Source: Leptogorgia sarmentosa (lineage: Eukaryota). Taken from it: a stretch of 64,000 nt of DNA. The notes under the pieces were generated by a model, which saw only the letters and a list, made by a program, of their open reading frames with translations, searched no databases and had not been told where the DNA came from. The position numbers were made by a program, and so were the translations under genes. Below are positions 24,994 to 37,110 of this stretch, piece after piece (position 1 is the first letter of the stretch; each line of letters begins with the position of its first letter). The stretch lies in contig OZ210885.1 of NCBI GenBank assembly GCA_964658305.1, positions 18,538,001 to 18,602,000 of the forward strand, given 5' to 3'.

Positions 24994-25786
24994 GTTTTTA
25001 TTGTCTTAAAAAACAATATCTACCATGGGGGGGTGTTGAAATTAGTGTACAGGGAACTCTCCTGGTCGAGTTTAATATTCCAGTATCCGTTGCGGGTGTC
25101 GACAATGGAAAAATAATGTGCTGCATTCAACTTCGAAAGCACTTCATCAATGGTTGATGTACTGTGGTGGGGCCGCTTAATGGCCTTATTTAAATCTTTG
25201 GGATTCAAGCAAAGCCTAAGTGACCCGCTGGGTTTAGTCACACATACAAGAGAGTTCACCCAATTGTTAGGTTCTGATATCTTCACAATGATGCCTTGCG
25301 ACTCTAAGGAATCAAGTTCCTTCTTAAGTGGTTCACAGAGTGCTTCGGGGACCCTGCGTGATGGGTGTATAACCAGTGGTGCAGGAGGATCTAATGTTAT
25401 GTGAAACTTACCATTAAAACATCCAATCCCATTAAACACGTCACCATACTCATACAGTATGTCTTTCGTAGCTTTGAGGTCACCATTAGATGTTGTCATT
25501 GGTGGTTTGGCTGTATCAATATCAATACTATAGTGCAAGGTTACCAAGTTCATGCTTCTACAAGTTGGTAGCCTATGATGGCCATGCCACTAGTATCGAC
25601 TACATGGAAGGGGGTACTCAGTATTGTTCCCATTGTGTGTTATGTGTAAATGCCATAATGTTCAATTTTATGACCACCAAATGCAGTAATTCTGGTATTG
25701 GATGGTATTAGACCAGAAGGTTTGCCATTCACATTGTACTGTGAGTTAGGGTAAAGCTGTTTATACACATCAAGAGGTAACACATT

Positions 25787-28287
25787 CAGGCCCGGAGCTG
25801 AGGGGGGGGGCCTGGGGGGGGGGCAAGGCTCCCCTTAGCACCAAGGAAGTAAATTTTTTTTGTGGTAGATGGAAGCACTTCAATTTGTGGAACTGGAAGG
25901 TGGAAGCACTTCAATATGGCTTCCATTGACATTGTCTGATTGTCAGTGTGAAAAATGAATAAAACATTATTGGATTACTTCTCAAAAAAGCAGAAAAAGT
26001 CAAACAACAATGAAGGAGAGTCAAGAGAAGGTTAAGAGAGCATATCAGAAATGTCGGTATCTGGTGAATCCATTGATGATGACAGCACTAATATGACTAT
26101 CGACGTCGATCATGAGCATCGAAATTCAAGGAGTGAAGCGCTGTGAGTTACTGGCACGACCGTCACCGTAATAAGCCATCCATCAGGTTTGAATTTGCAA
26201 CATGAAGATCGTGGGCAAGTCCAGGAATTCATACATGGACCTCAACTGCCTCAAAACGACCATTCTGGAAAACCAAATTTTTTTGCTAACAAGGAAGGCC
26301 CATGCCAACCGTACTTGAAGGCACACCCAGGTACAAGTTTCAGAGGTAAAATACGACACTTCAATTCTAACTGGTATGGCGAATATAAGTGGTTGGAATA
26401 CAACACGGATTTGGACGCTTGTTTCTGCTTGCAGAGTAGAGTATATTCGCCTAATCCAACGGAGACCATATTTACTAAAAGTGGCTATCGTGACTGGAAA
26501 CACGCTAAGGACAAGGCAAAGGGATTCCAGCAACCCCAATCCTCAATTGATCATACGAAAGCAACGCAGGCTTACGAAGAAGCAAAAATGCGAAATGCAT
26601 GTGGCTGCCCCGTAACAGCATCTTTTGTATCATTAAATAATGATCAGAGGCAATGGTTATTTGCCGTTTTTAACGTTTCAAGATTTTTATGTGCGAATGG
26701 TCTCGTGTTCCGTGGTTCTGATGAATCCGATATTGACACAGGAGATGGCTTGTTTTTGGTTTCTCAACTTCTGTTTCCGCTGGAAGAAAAATGGAGGAAA
26801 ATTCACAAGAATCTTCCAAAAAACGCTAAGTACACTTCCCATGACATACAGAATGAAGTCATCGAAGTCTTAGCTTTCTCAGTGAAGACCAAATTCGCCG
26901 AAGACGTGCGAAAGGCAGAACTGTTCACAATCATGGCAGATGGCACAACTGACAAGAACAGGAAAGAGATTCAAGGTATCGTTTGTCGGTATTTATCGTC
27001 AGACAGGAATGTTAAGGAATGATGTATTAACGTCAAGGGAATCGATGATCGCTGAGCTAAAGGTATTTTCCAATTCATCAAAGAAACTTTCGTACAATTT
27101 AACATTTCAGTTGACAGCCTTGTGTCACAATCCTTCGATGGGGCAAGCGTGATGTCAGGAGACTATGGCGGCTTGCAGATGTGTTATATGTACACTGCTT
27201 TCTCCACAAAAACCACCTGGTTGTCAGCTTTCTCATGCAAAATCTTGACAAAGTAAAGGAATATTTTGATACTACAGCAGCCCTGTACAAGTTCTTTAAG
27301 AAGTCAGCTGTGTTAGAATCGTATAACGGCACTGCATTGAAATGGCTTATTGAGACGCGATGGTCTGGTCACTTTGAAAGTACCAGCCATGTGCACAGAA
27401 ATTATGGCGATTCGATCCAAGCGCTTATGGTGGCATCAAAAAATATGAAGTTATCTGGTGAAGATCGAGCACAGGCAACAGGGCTCCTTAGCCTAATGGA
27501 AGATAATGAAGACCATGTCTTTGTCTTCATAACTTGTATGTTGATGGATGTGTTGAAACCGATTGATATTGTTGTTAAACAATTTGTTTGTTAAACGAAA
27601 ATCTTATTTCAGCATTGCACATGGTCAACGCCGTCAAAGACGACATTAAATCGAAACGCGAAAATAATACTTTGAATGAGAAAGTATTATTTAATAGTCA
27701 AGATAATTATCCGCCGTCGTCAGATAATTATCTTGACTATGATGCTCTCATACCCTTATTTGAGTATGCGGTGAATATTCCAGTGATAAGAGATTTCTAT
27801 CAAAAAGAAAAACTATCACACGAAGATTTAGAAGCTGAGTGCCGAATTTTTTCTCATGTTTTTAAAGACAAAGAATGGCCCAAGAATGCAGCTGACAAAG
27901 TTGATTTGAGCGAGGTCGCTAACATTGTCATAAAGGAACACCAGAAGGGAGCTCCTGTACTATCTTCGTTGTACAAGGTAGCCATCACTGCTGGTTTCAC
28001 ATCAACGAGACTTGAATGTGTTTTTTCATCCCTTACAAGAGTTGATTCCCCTCAGCAGAGGTCGATGAAAACAGAAAGAGAAGCAAATCTAGCTTATCTA
28101 AGTTTTGAAAGTGAAGTTCTGATAAATGACATTACCTTTGACGATTTTTCCAAAGCTTGGAACTTGAAACCAAGTGCATTGTCGTTGTAATTTGACAGGT
28201 CGTGTATGTTTTGCATTATGATAGCACTTAACTGATTGATATTATCAATAAATGAGGCTATTTATGCCAGAGGCAGCTCCGGGCCTG
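25787..28287 (+). mobile_element. hAT DNA transposon (ZMYM1/TTF-type transposase, decayed)
   Basis: Perfect 14-bp TIR CAGGCCCGGAGCTG; 8-bp TSD AACACATT (25779-25786, 28288-28295); motifs YTSHDIQNE, IMADGTTD, SFDGASVMSG, ETRW. Confidence 0.92.
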
Positions 28288-28742
28288 AACACATTACCTT
28301 CGGCACTAGTGTCTATCTTACAACTTACAAGGCACTGACTTGGTAACTTGATCTGAACTGACATTTAGATCAACAATGGCTTGCGTATTATTCTCATTCA
28401 AATTATGAATACTAATGGAGTGAAAATACAGTTGTGGTACTACTGGATATGCACGATCAGGTTGTTCTAGGGAGTTCACCTGCTTTTGCGGTTTTCCTTT
28501 TGGATGTTGTTGGGGCTTTCCATGGTTTTTACCATGTACGACGGTCACGACAAACCCTTCCCCAGTGTTGTAACCTGTTGCAGTTTTTACATCTTGTATT
28601 GAATGCAGGACAGAGTGAGCGACTTGATAGGTCATGGCTATGCCCACAATTGCTTCTACTGTTTCTTACGATTCTGATTTTCTAATCCATGTATTGATGT
28701 ACTGGGACCCCTGATATCTGCCAATTGTGTACCTGTGGGTTC

Positions 28743-29802
28743 CTGTGTCCTGGCTATGTCTATAGCTTTGTCCAAGGTCAGGCTCGAATCTTGTTCTAGT
28801 AATTTGGCTTGCACATTTGAGTTAGAGCCAAAAATTAGAGCATCGATAAGATGTTCATCTGCATTGGAATACTTGCTCTAACTTACTAGAACTCTAACTT
28901 TCTTTAAGAATGAATCTATTGTCTCACCTTCAGCTTGTTTAAGAGTACGCAGTTTATACCTTGCTAGCCTGAAGTTGCTCTTTGGGGCAACATATTCCTC
29001 GAATTTTGTCTAAAATGTGTCCAATTTTTTCCTCTCCTCGTCAGATAAATCCCAAGTTGATGCCAGTTCAATTCCTTCGTCCCCTGTCCAGATGAGAAGA
29101 TAGCTAATTTTTTCTTGTTCCAATTTGGATTTCAACGGATCAGAGTAGTAGAGCTTGTACACTGCTTTAAACTTTTTGAGTGCCTGTGGAAGATTGGCGG
29201 CATGCGAATCTAAACGAGGAGTTGCCAAGCCTGTGACTGCCATTTCCATCTGTTTTCTGGTATAATTCTCGACTGTGTCCTGGCTATGTCTATAGCTTTG
29301 TCCAAGGTCAGGCTCGAATCTTGTTCTAGTAATTTGGCTTGCACATTTGAGTTAGAGCCAAAAATTAGAGCATCGATAAGATGTTCATCTGCATTGGAAT
29401 ACTTGCTCTAACTTACTAGAACTCTAACTTTCTTTAAGAATGAATCTATTGTCTCACCTTCAGCTTGTTTAAGAGTACGCAGTTTATACCTTGCTAGCCT
29501 GAAGTTGCTCTTTGGGGCAACATATTCCTCGAATTTTGTCTAAAATGTGTCCAATTTTTTCCTCTCCTCGTCAGATAAATCCCAAGTTGATGCCAGTTCA
29601 ATTCCTTCGTCCCCTGTCCAGATGAGAAGATAGCTAATTTTTTCTTGTTCCAATTTGGATTTCAACGGATCAGAGTAGTAGAGCTTGTACACTGCTTTAA
29701 ACTTTTTGAGTGCCTGTGGAAGATTGGCGGCATGCGAATCTAAACGAGGAGTTGCCAAGCCTGTGACTGCCATTTCCATCTGTTTTCTGGTATAATTCTC
29801 GA
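28743..29802. repeat. Apparently perfect 530-bp tandem duplication in Gypsy gag
   Basis: Copies at 28743-29272 and 29273-29802; ORFs 29010-29249 and 29540-29812 encode an identical peptide. Confidence 0.9.
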
Positions 29803-29930
29803 CTACATTCACCGACCAGGTGTATTAGTGTCTCCAGAGTTTTTAATCAGCCACACCCGACACTATGTTATAGTCTGTACCTGCTTTTATTACTAACCTA
29901 ACTAACTAAATATAAAATAATGCATATATA

Positions 29931-30440
29931 CAGGGTGTATCAAAAAAAAGTTTACTGATGACATTCTCTAAACTAACAAGCGCTCAAAATTTCAAAAAAA
30001 CTTTCGGTTAGCATGGGTAGTTTAGCACCCCTCTGGTATATCTAGCACTGAGTTTATTCCAAAAACAAACTTTTTTAGAATGGGAAATGTGGTTACTAAA
30101 AGGCCCATTAAAAACGGCTTGCGCAGAAAAAATAAGTTTTCTTCACACAATTTGATTTAATCAATTGTTCTTTCCTGCGTGATTACCCATTAATTTATGC
30201 ATAATTGGATATTTGCATAATTACCAATGCAAATTGCAAGCTAATTCCCAAAGGTCCGTAATTACGCGAATAAATTGCGGAAAATCCAGTTTTCAGACAT
30301 AGCATGTTCGTCTCAGTGTGCACCAAATTTCTCAAAACTTGAATAGCTTGTATATCATACTCCATATTTTCATCTGATTAAATCAAATTGTGTGAAGAAA
30401 ACTTATTTTTTCAGTGCAAGCCGATTTTAATGGCTTTTTG
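29931..30440. mobile_element. Tc1/mariner-type MITE, right end missing
   Basis: TA|CAGGGTGTATCAAAAAA terminus; internal inverted repeats at ~30098-30163 and ~30375-30439. Confidence 0.55.
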
Positions 30441-31240
30441 AAAAAATTTTTAACAAAATCCTAAAAACAAGAGAGTTTTTGATTAAAAACATGTACTCAA
30501 ACACAAAATGTGCAATAAAAATTTCTAACAAAAAATTATGATTTTCAAAAAACACAACTCAAATTTCACATCGGAGATAAATTAATAGCAGCACAACAAC
30601 AGCTAAGTTAAAAAGCACTCACTTTATAAAATAAAGAAAAAACTTGATTTCCACAAACTAACACCAAAACTTGCTCTAAAAATCTTTGACTCGGGAGCGT
30701 ACGAAAAGAACAATGTAAATAAATAGGAAACCTCCGATATAGAAAAAGTGAACCTCAGATTCTGCAAGCTATAACTGGGCGTCAATAAAAAGGCATCCAA
30801 TGTAGCCTGCAGAGGAGAACTTGGCAAATACCCTCTCCTATTAACAACAAAAAAGAACACCGAATTCTGGTCACCCAAAATATCAAAACTGACATTCCTT
30901 TCCGAAATAAAAAATGAATACACAATTGAGCCATACCTATCTTTCATTAAAAATCCAACAGTGAGAAGAACATTTTATGATCGAATAAGAAATCATAAAT
31001 TACAAATTGAATATGAAAGATATCAAAATATCCCTCTTGAAGAAAGAACCTGTAAACTCTGCAACTCTCACAAAATCAAAGACGAATTGCATCTTAGTTT
31101 CAAATGCCAAAAATACGACAACCTCAGAAATAGCTCAAATCAGATACTTGAAACAATGTTTGATCTGAATTTAACAACAGAAAGTAAACGAAAACTACTG
31201 GAACACACAATGAATTTTGAGAGAAGATAATCTCAAATCC
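30441..31240 (+). mobile_element. Non-LTR retrotransposon ORF2 3' end
   Basis: LRFCK..LGVNKKASNVACRGELGKYPL; RNHKLQIEYERY..EERTCKLCN..DELH..KC (C-terminal Zn knuckle). Confidence 0.75.
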
Positions 31241-31259
31241 AACCATATATATATATATA

Positions 31260-31360
31260 TGATAAGGTTTTGGTTAACGAAATGCCAAAAGAGTGCTCGA
31301 TACCATATAGATAGAGCAAATAGTATAGTTTTGCCTCAAAAAGGTGCCACTACAGCCTGT
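31260..31360 (-). mobile_element. PLE pLTR/extension fragment (family of 44560-45669)
   Basis: Near-identical to 60590-60690; matches the sequence downstream of the ribozyme at 45630-45669. Confidence 0.75.
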
Positions 31361-31426
31361 GTGCTCAATGCATAAGCAGAGCGATATAACAGAAATAAAA
31401 AACACAAGTTACTTCATCAAATTTTC

Positions 31427-31486
31427 ATTCACTACAGGCTTGTTTCGTATGGCAAGTGTGATGCTTGCCACACTCATCAGGTGAAT
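31427..31486 (-). ncRNA. Type I hammerhead ribozyme
   Basis: ATTCAC CTGATGA GTGTGGCAAG-CATCACA-CTTGCCATAC GAAA CA-AGCC-TG TA^GTGAAT. Confidence 0.85.
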
Positions 31487-33107
31487 GAATCACAGCGCAC
31501 AGCGTAATAGAATATATACACATAGAGATGCTAGGGGTTCGTATTACAGTTATTGTTGAATTTGCATAATAGGTATTTCTTTCGATGTCAGCATGTTGAT
31601 ACGAGTTCATTTCGTTTGTTGAGTGAGCTCAATTCCGGGTGGTAGATGATGATGAATTTCTCATGGAGGCAAAGGTTGCAGCGTTTCGTCTTGTTGGTGT
31701 ATGGTTGTGATTTCTTGAGGATTTTCCAAGTAACTTTGTATGGGGTGTTTTGGTCTTTCAAAGCCCAAATATGTTTGCTGAGCTCTGTTGTGTGTTTCTT
31801 GTTTTTGTTTATGAAGGAACTGGTGTGGTTTAGGTAGCGTGTCTTGACAGTAGTTTCGGTTAGGCCGACGTAGGTTTGTACTTTGTTGGTTTCTTCGTTC
31901 TTCACTGAAGCCTGGTACACGAGTCCTTTTGTTTGACATTTTCCATTGAGTGGGCAGTTGTCTTTTTTTCGGCAGTTGCAATTGGTTTTGGTCTCGGTTG
32001 TATTGTGTTTCTCTCCTTCTTTCTTCAGGACAGACTTATTGTGTGACGCGATGACGTTTTGGACATTTGGCATGCAACTATAACTTAATTTTAAAGTATT
32101 GTGGTTAAAAATTTTGTTCAGAGGATGGCTTCTTGGGAAACATTCATCGATTGCTTTCATGAATTTATGACCGATGTCGGTGGCAACGTTGGAGCTGTAT
32201 GGGGGTTATACCACGTAACATTTCTATATCTGCTGCGTTTCTTCTGCGTGTCATTCAAGTCATTCAACGCCAGCACACAACCGTACCAAGAAGCGTTAAC
32301 AAAAAGCGGTTTCAATTACAATCTGCACTACGATCCACATCCCACGCAGCAGAAACGCAGCAGATATAGAAATGTTACGTGGTATAACCCCCCATACAGC
32401 TCCAACTTTGCCACCGACATCGGTCATAAATTCATGAAAGCAGTCGATGAATGTTTCCCAAGAAGCCATCCTCTGAACAAAATTTTTAACCGCAATACTT
32501 TAAAATTAAGTTATAGTTGCATGCCAAATGTCCAAAACGTCATCGCATCACACAATAAGTCTGTCCTGAAGAAAGAAGGAGAGAAACACAATACAACCGA
32601 GACCAAAACCAATTGCAACTGCCGAAAAAAAGACAACTGCCCACTCAATGGACAATGTCAAACAAAAGGACTCGTGTGCCAAGCTTCAGTGAAGAACGAA
32701 GAAACCAACAAAGTACAAACCTACGTCGGTCTAACCGAAACTATTTTCAAGACACGCTACCTAAACCACACCAGTTCCTTCAAAAACAAGAACAAGAAAC
32801 ACGCAACAGAGCTCAGCAAACATATTTGGGCTTTGAAAGACCAAAACACCCCATACAAAGTTACTTGGAAAATCCTCAAGAAATCACAACCATACACCAA
32901 CAAGACGAAACGCTGCAACCTTTGCCTCCATGAGAAATTCATCATCATCTACCACCCGGAATTGAGCTCACTCAACAAACGAAATGAACTCGTATCAACA
33001 TGCCGACATCGAGAGAAATACCTATTATGCAAATTCAACAACAACTGTAATACGAACCCCTAGCATCTCTATGTGTATATATTCTATTACGCTGTGTGCT
33101 GTGATTC

Positions 33108-33167
33108 ATTCACTTGATGAGTGTGGCAAGCGTCACGCTTGCCATACGAAACAAGCCTGTAGTGAAT
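33108..33167 (+). ncRNA. Type I hammerhead ribozyme with C3>U core substitution
   Basis: Same fold as 31427-31486, but the core reads TTGATGA. Confidence 0.7.
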
Positions 33168-33299
33168 AAAAATTTGATGAAGTAACTTGTGTTTTTTATT
33201 TCTGTATATATATTGTGTAACCTGTAGTGAATAAAAATTTGATGAAGTAACTTGTGTTTTTTATTTCTGTATTATATATTTTTTATTTCTGTATATTAT

Positions 33300-33305
<6 letters not shown>

Positions 33306-33361
<56 letters not shown>
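33306..33361. repeat. (TA)n microsatellite between PLE 3' ends
   Basis: Directly visible. Confidence 0.95.
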
Positions 33362-33363
<2 letters not shown>

Positions 33364-33369
33364 GAATTA

Positions 33370-34120
33370 AAGTTCAAAGATTCAACAGTCCAGATAAGAT
33401 ATTTAGTTTCGTGCCACACATAACGTGTGGTACTCTTCAGATAAAATTATCTAATGACTAAGTTAGTTAATATATTTACAAGGGATTTTAATACAAAAGT
33501 CTACACTAACTCTGCGCTCTTATTCGTCAGTTCATTAAATATGAAGTCAAGTGGTTGTTAGATATGGCATTAGTATACATTAAACAAGTTATCATTAAAT
33601 CAGGGATTAACATTTTTGTCTTTACGTTGCCAGATGTAGTTACTAAGTTCGGTAGCGTGCTTCTTTTTTACATTGGTGAATGACGTTTTGTGGTTAGCGA
33701 ATCTAGTTTTGAATGGGTTTGATGTAAGGCTGACATACGTTTGGCCTGGTGTGCTGTCGTTTGTGGACTATTGGATATAACCATCAGCTAAAATTTCAAT
33801 GTCCAACTCCACTAAACATATCCACTAGTCAAAACGAAAAGCGACACAGAAACGTCACCTGGTACAATCCACCTTACAGCAAGAACGTCACCACAAACAT
33901 CGGCTGCACCTTCGTCAAAAGCCTCAATGAAGAATTTCCTGAAAATCACGTTCTGCACAAAATTTTCAACAGAAACACCATAAAGGTTAGCTACACCTGT
34001 ATGACCAACGTTGAACAGACCATTGATGGACATAATAAAGCACTCTTAAAAGTGAACAATCCTCACAATAAAACCCAATTAGATAATGGTTGCAACTTTA
34101 GATCACCCGACAAATGCCCT
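33370..34120. mobile_element. Rearranged Hydra-clade-like PLE fragments
   Basis: Minus strand: TYVSLTSNPFKTRFANH..ATELSNYIW, plus a partial hammerhead core CTGAAGA-GTACCACAC/GTGTGGCAC-GAAA (~33407-33440). Plus strand: WYNPPYSKNV..KIFNRNTIKVSY. Confidence 0.7.
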
Positions 34121-34124
34121 TTGC

Positions 34125-35188
34125 CTTTCGATGTGGTTGTTGATATTGAGCTTAGTGGCGATGTTCTTTAATTCGTAGTTGATGTTTTTGGCAGTGTTCT
34201 CTTCAGCTAGCTTGTATGTCTTTGTTACGTTTTCAGTTAGTAGTTTATTGTAATCTGCGGGGTTCATCTCGTACATGTTTCTGGTCTTGTTGGCTGGGAT
34301 GAAAACATTTTGGGATATTCGTATTCTGTTCTTGTAGTCTTCGACTGTCTTGATGAATTCGTTCGAGTAATATCTGAATCTTATATTTTCGATCAATTGC
34401 GCTACGTCTTCTTCAAAATGTTTCATCTCGAGAACCGGTGGCAGAGTGCGTTTTGATTTCAGGCCGTATGTTGAGGATTGTCGCGTTTGTTGTGTGTCGT
34501 CGTCGTGTAAGAAAAAATGTGCCTTCCAGCGCATTCGATGGATAACACATTCTGTCTTATGGATGATGGTTCTTCTGTACTCGTCGTATGTCTGTAGTCC
34601 GATGTTTTTTAGAGAGTAATTAAACCGGATTTGCTGCATATTCACTGTGTTATGACCAAGCCAAAGAGAGAGCTCAACTAGGGTTAGGAGCGATAATAAA
34701 CCAGGAATCGGCTGTAACACGGTAGTCACAGTGTTGGCGAAAGGTATAAGAGCGCTCAATACCATAGCTAGAGTGAATAATAATTATTTATTTAGTGAAT
34801 TTGCGGTTGCTACTCCGAGTTTCACGAGCTAAGGCGATCGTCAGGCAACTAAGCAATTAGGCAAAATTACACTCTATTTACATCGTGATATTAGGTGTCG
34901 AGTTTCATGTCTACATTTCGTGAATAGTTCTGTTCGTTTGTTTAAAAGTTCCCCGTTCATCCTTCGTTCGCTCCTAACCCTAGTTGACCGCTCTCTTTGG
35001 CTTGGTCATAACACAGTGAATATGCAGCTTATCCGATTTAATTACTCTCTAAAAAACATCGGACTACAGACATATGACGAGTACAGAAGAAACATCATCC
35101 ATAAGACAGAATGCGTTGTCCATCGAATGCGCTGGAAGGCACTTTTTTTCTTACACGACGACACACAACAAGCACGACAATCCTCAAC
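34125..35188. mobile_element. Hydra-clade-like PLE 5' region (pLTR + ORF N-terminus) with inverted partial copy
   Basis: MQQIRFNYSLKNIG..RMRWKAHFF on the minus strand (to ~34639) and again on the plus strand (35022-35188). Confidence 0.8.
34806..34849 (-). ncRNA. Type I hammerhead ribozyme
   Basis: GTTGC CTGACGA TCGCCTTAGCTCGT GAAA CTC-G-GAG TA^GCAAC; stem II is weak. Confidence 0.7.
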
Positions 35189-35189
35189 A

Positions 35190-36790
35190 TAAGGATCATG
35201 GTCATAATCCTGACAAATTTTATGGCATGCCAAAGATCCATAAACCCAACGTACCCCTCCGCCCCATCACCATGTGCATCAATTTCCCAACCTACCAACT
35301 ATCCAAACATTTAGTCAGATTAATATCACCGCTCCTAAAGAACACGTACACAGTAAAGAATAGCTCCATCTTCTCCAATAACATTAGACAATGACATATC
35401 GCAGATGATGAAATCATGGTGTCATTCGATGTCATTTCTCTATTTACTTCCATACCCATTGACCTTTCTCTACAAGTGGTAAAACAAAGGCTCCAACAAG
35501 ACCAATTATTATCACATAGAACTGACATTTCGATCACTAACATTTTGCGACTCTTAGAATTTGTGTTATGCAACAGCTATTTCACCTATGAAAACGAAAA
35601 CTTTCAACAAATCTCAGGCTGTGCAATGGGGATCTCCGATAAGCGCGACCATTGCTGATCTTGTTATGGAGCACATCGAAGAAATTGCACTTTCCACCGC
35701 ACCACATCCTCCGTGTTGGTGGTTCAGATATGTCGACGATAGTCATTCTTGTCTCAAGAAGGAATTCATAGATGAATTTCACAATCACCTCAATTCAGTA
35801 AATCCACATCTACAGTTTACCTGTGAGCTGGAAGAGAATGGTCGCCTGTCATTTCTGGACACAGTAACCATTAGAGTCGTACAAGTCGATGTGTATAGGA
35901 AAGCAACCCATACAGACAAATATTTACACTACGATTCACACCACCCAGCACAACATAAACAGTCCGTGGTCAATACCCTCCTCGACACAGCTGACAATAT
36001 ACCCTCGTCCAAAAAATGCAGACGTAGAGAAAGGAAACACGTTTTTAAAGTTTTGAGAGAAAATGGTTACCTGTTAAAATTTCTCAGAGCATGTGATTCT
36101 AAGCGCAAAAGTGCACACCTAATAGAGAACAAGAAGAACGATATTTCATCTGTTGACAATAACAACAATGCAAATGAGTCAGGTTTCGTTGTGCTCCCAT
36201 ATATTAAAGGCCTAACAGAAAAGCTATCCAGGGTCTTATGAAGGGAAAACATCAAAGTCAGTTACAAACCTGTTAATACTCTCCATCAACATTCACCTAA
36301 ACCCAAGGACAAGCTAACCCAAACTAGAGGTGTCATCTACAAGATTCCCTGTTCTGATTGCGATTTTACTTATTATGGCCAAACAGACAGAGCACTTAAC
36401 ACTCGGATGAAAGAACACAAAAGAGCTGTGTCGCATCTTGATAAATATTCCAAAGTAGCGAAGCATGCAGAAGAACAAGACCATCGCATCGATTTCAATA
36501 ACGTTTCTATTGTTCACAGAACAAATAATTACCATGAACGTTTGTTTCTAGAAGCATGGTATTCCTGAAGGGACTTCTCGTCAGGCAATGACCACATCGA
36601 AATACCAGATGTTTATAAGTCTCTTTTTAATTAATTCATAACTTATGAACTTATATCTTGTTAGTTTTAACCTTTAGCACATTTCAACTGACGAAGACCT
36701 TAGTTGTTTGGTCGAAACGTCTCAACATCTTTGCATATAAACGTAGTTGTTTTAACGTTTTACATAAACCAGCGTCAAGCCTTTTACAAC
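35190..36790 (+). mobile_element. Penelope/Poseidon-type PLE (RT + GIY-YIG), 5'-truncated and decayed
   Basis: YGMPKIHKPNVPLRPI, SFDVISLFT, WFRYVDD, VYRKATHTDKYL; endonuclease GVIYKIPC..YYGQT..RMKEH. Confidence 0.88.
36681..36727 (+). ncRNA. Minimal hammerhead ribozyme in the PLE 3' pLTR
   Basis: CTGACGA A GACC-loop-GGTC GAAA CGTC; stem I is degenerate. Confidence 0.55.
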
Positions 36791-37110
36791 ATCCTGTGCC
36801 CAAGTTCAGGAGTTACCATAAGGCCATTATGGTGATAACCGGGAGGGCACATTGTTATACGTTTTGTATATTTCGCTCACTGCTCATGCAGTTTGAGCAC
36901 TCTCTTGGATTGGGTGGAGAGTCTTTATTAAATATTCACTATTTGCAATATGCATTGCTCACTGCTTGCAGTTTGAGCACTCTGGTGACTCCACAATGCA
37001 ATCCTCCCTCACAATGTGTAACCGTACATCCTGTGCCCAAGTTCAGGAGTTGCCGTAAGGCCATTATGGTGATAACCGGGAGGGCACATTGTTATACGTT
37101 TTGTATATAT
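36789..37110. repeat. ~80-bp direct repeat, two copies
   Basis: ACATCCTGTGCCCAAGTTCAGGAG..TTTTGTATAT at ~36789-36871 and ~37026-37108. Confidence 0.8.

Larger units (their letters stand above)
25020..29925 (-). mobile_element. Ty3/Gypsy LTR retrotransposon 5' half (LTR remnant, PBS, gag, protease, RT start)
   Basis: RT start RRVPEAL..WVNSLVCVTKPSGSLRLCLNPKDLN; protease DTSAEGNVLP split by a hAT; gag fragments. LTR end ..ATAACA is followed by a degenerate tRNA-Leu-type PBS TAGTGTCGGGTGTGG (~29851-29865). Confidence 0.8.
31361..33270. mobile_element. Hydra-clade-like PLE, inverted duplication of GIY-YIG endonuclease + pLTR
   Basis: Arms ~31390-32250 (-) and ~32343-33205 (+). Motifs WYNPPYS, CNCRKKDNCPLNGQC, VYQA..YVGLT..FKTRYLNH, LNKRNELVSTCRH. 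Confidence 0.88.

Noticed and set aside
32101..33063. 320-aa ORF as a full protein
   Set aside because: The first ~50 codons are antisense read-through of the inverted arm; only the PLE thumb/endonuclease part is real.
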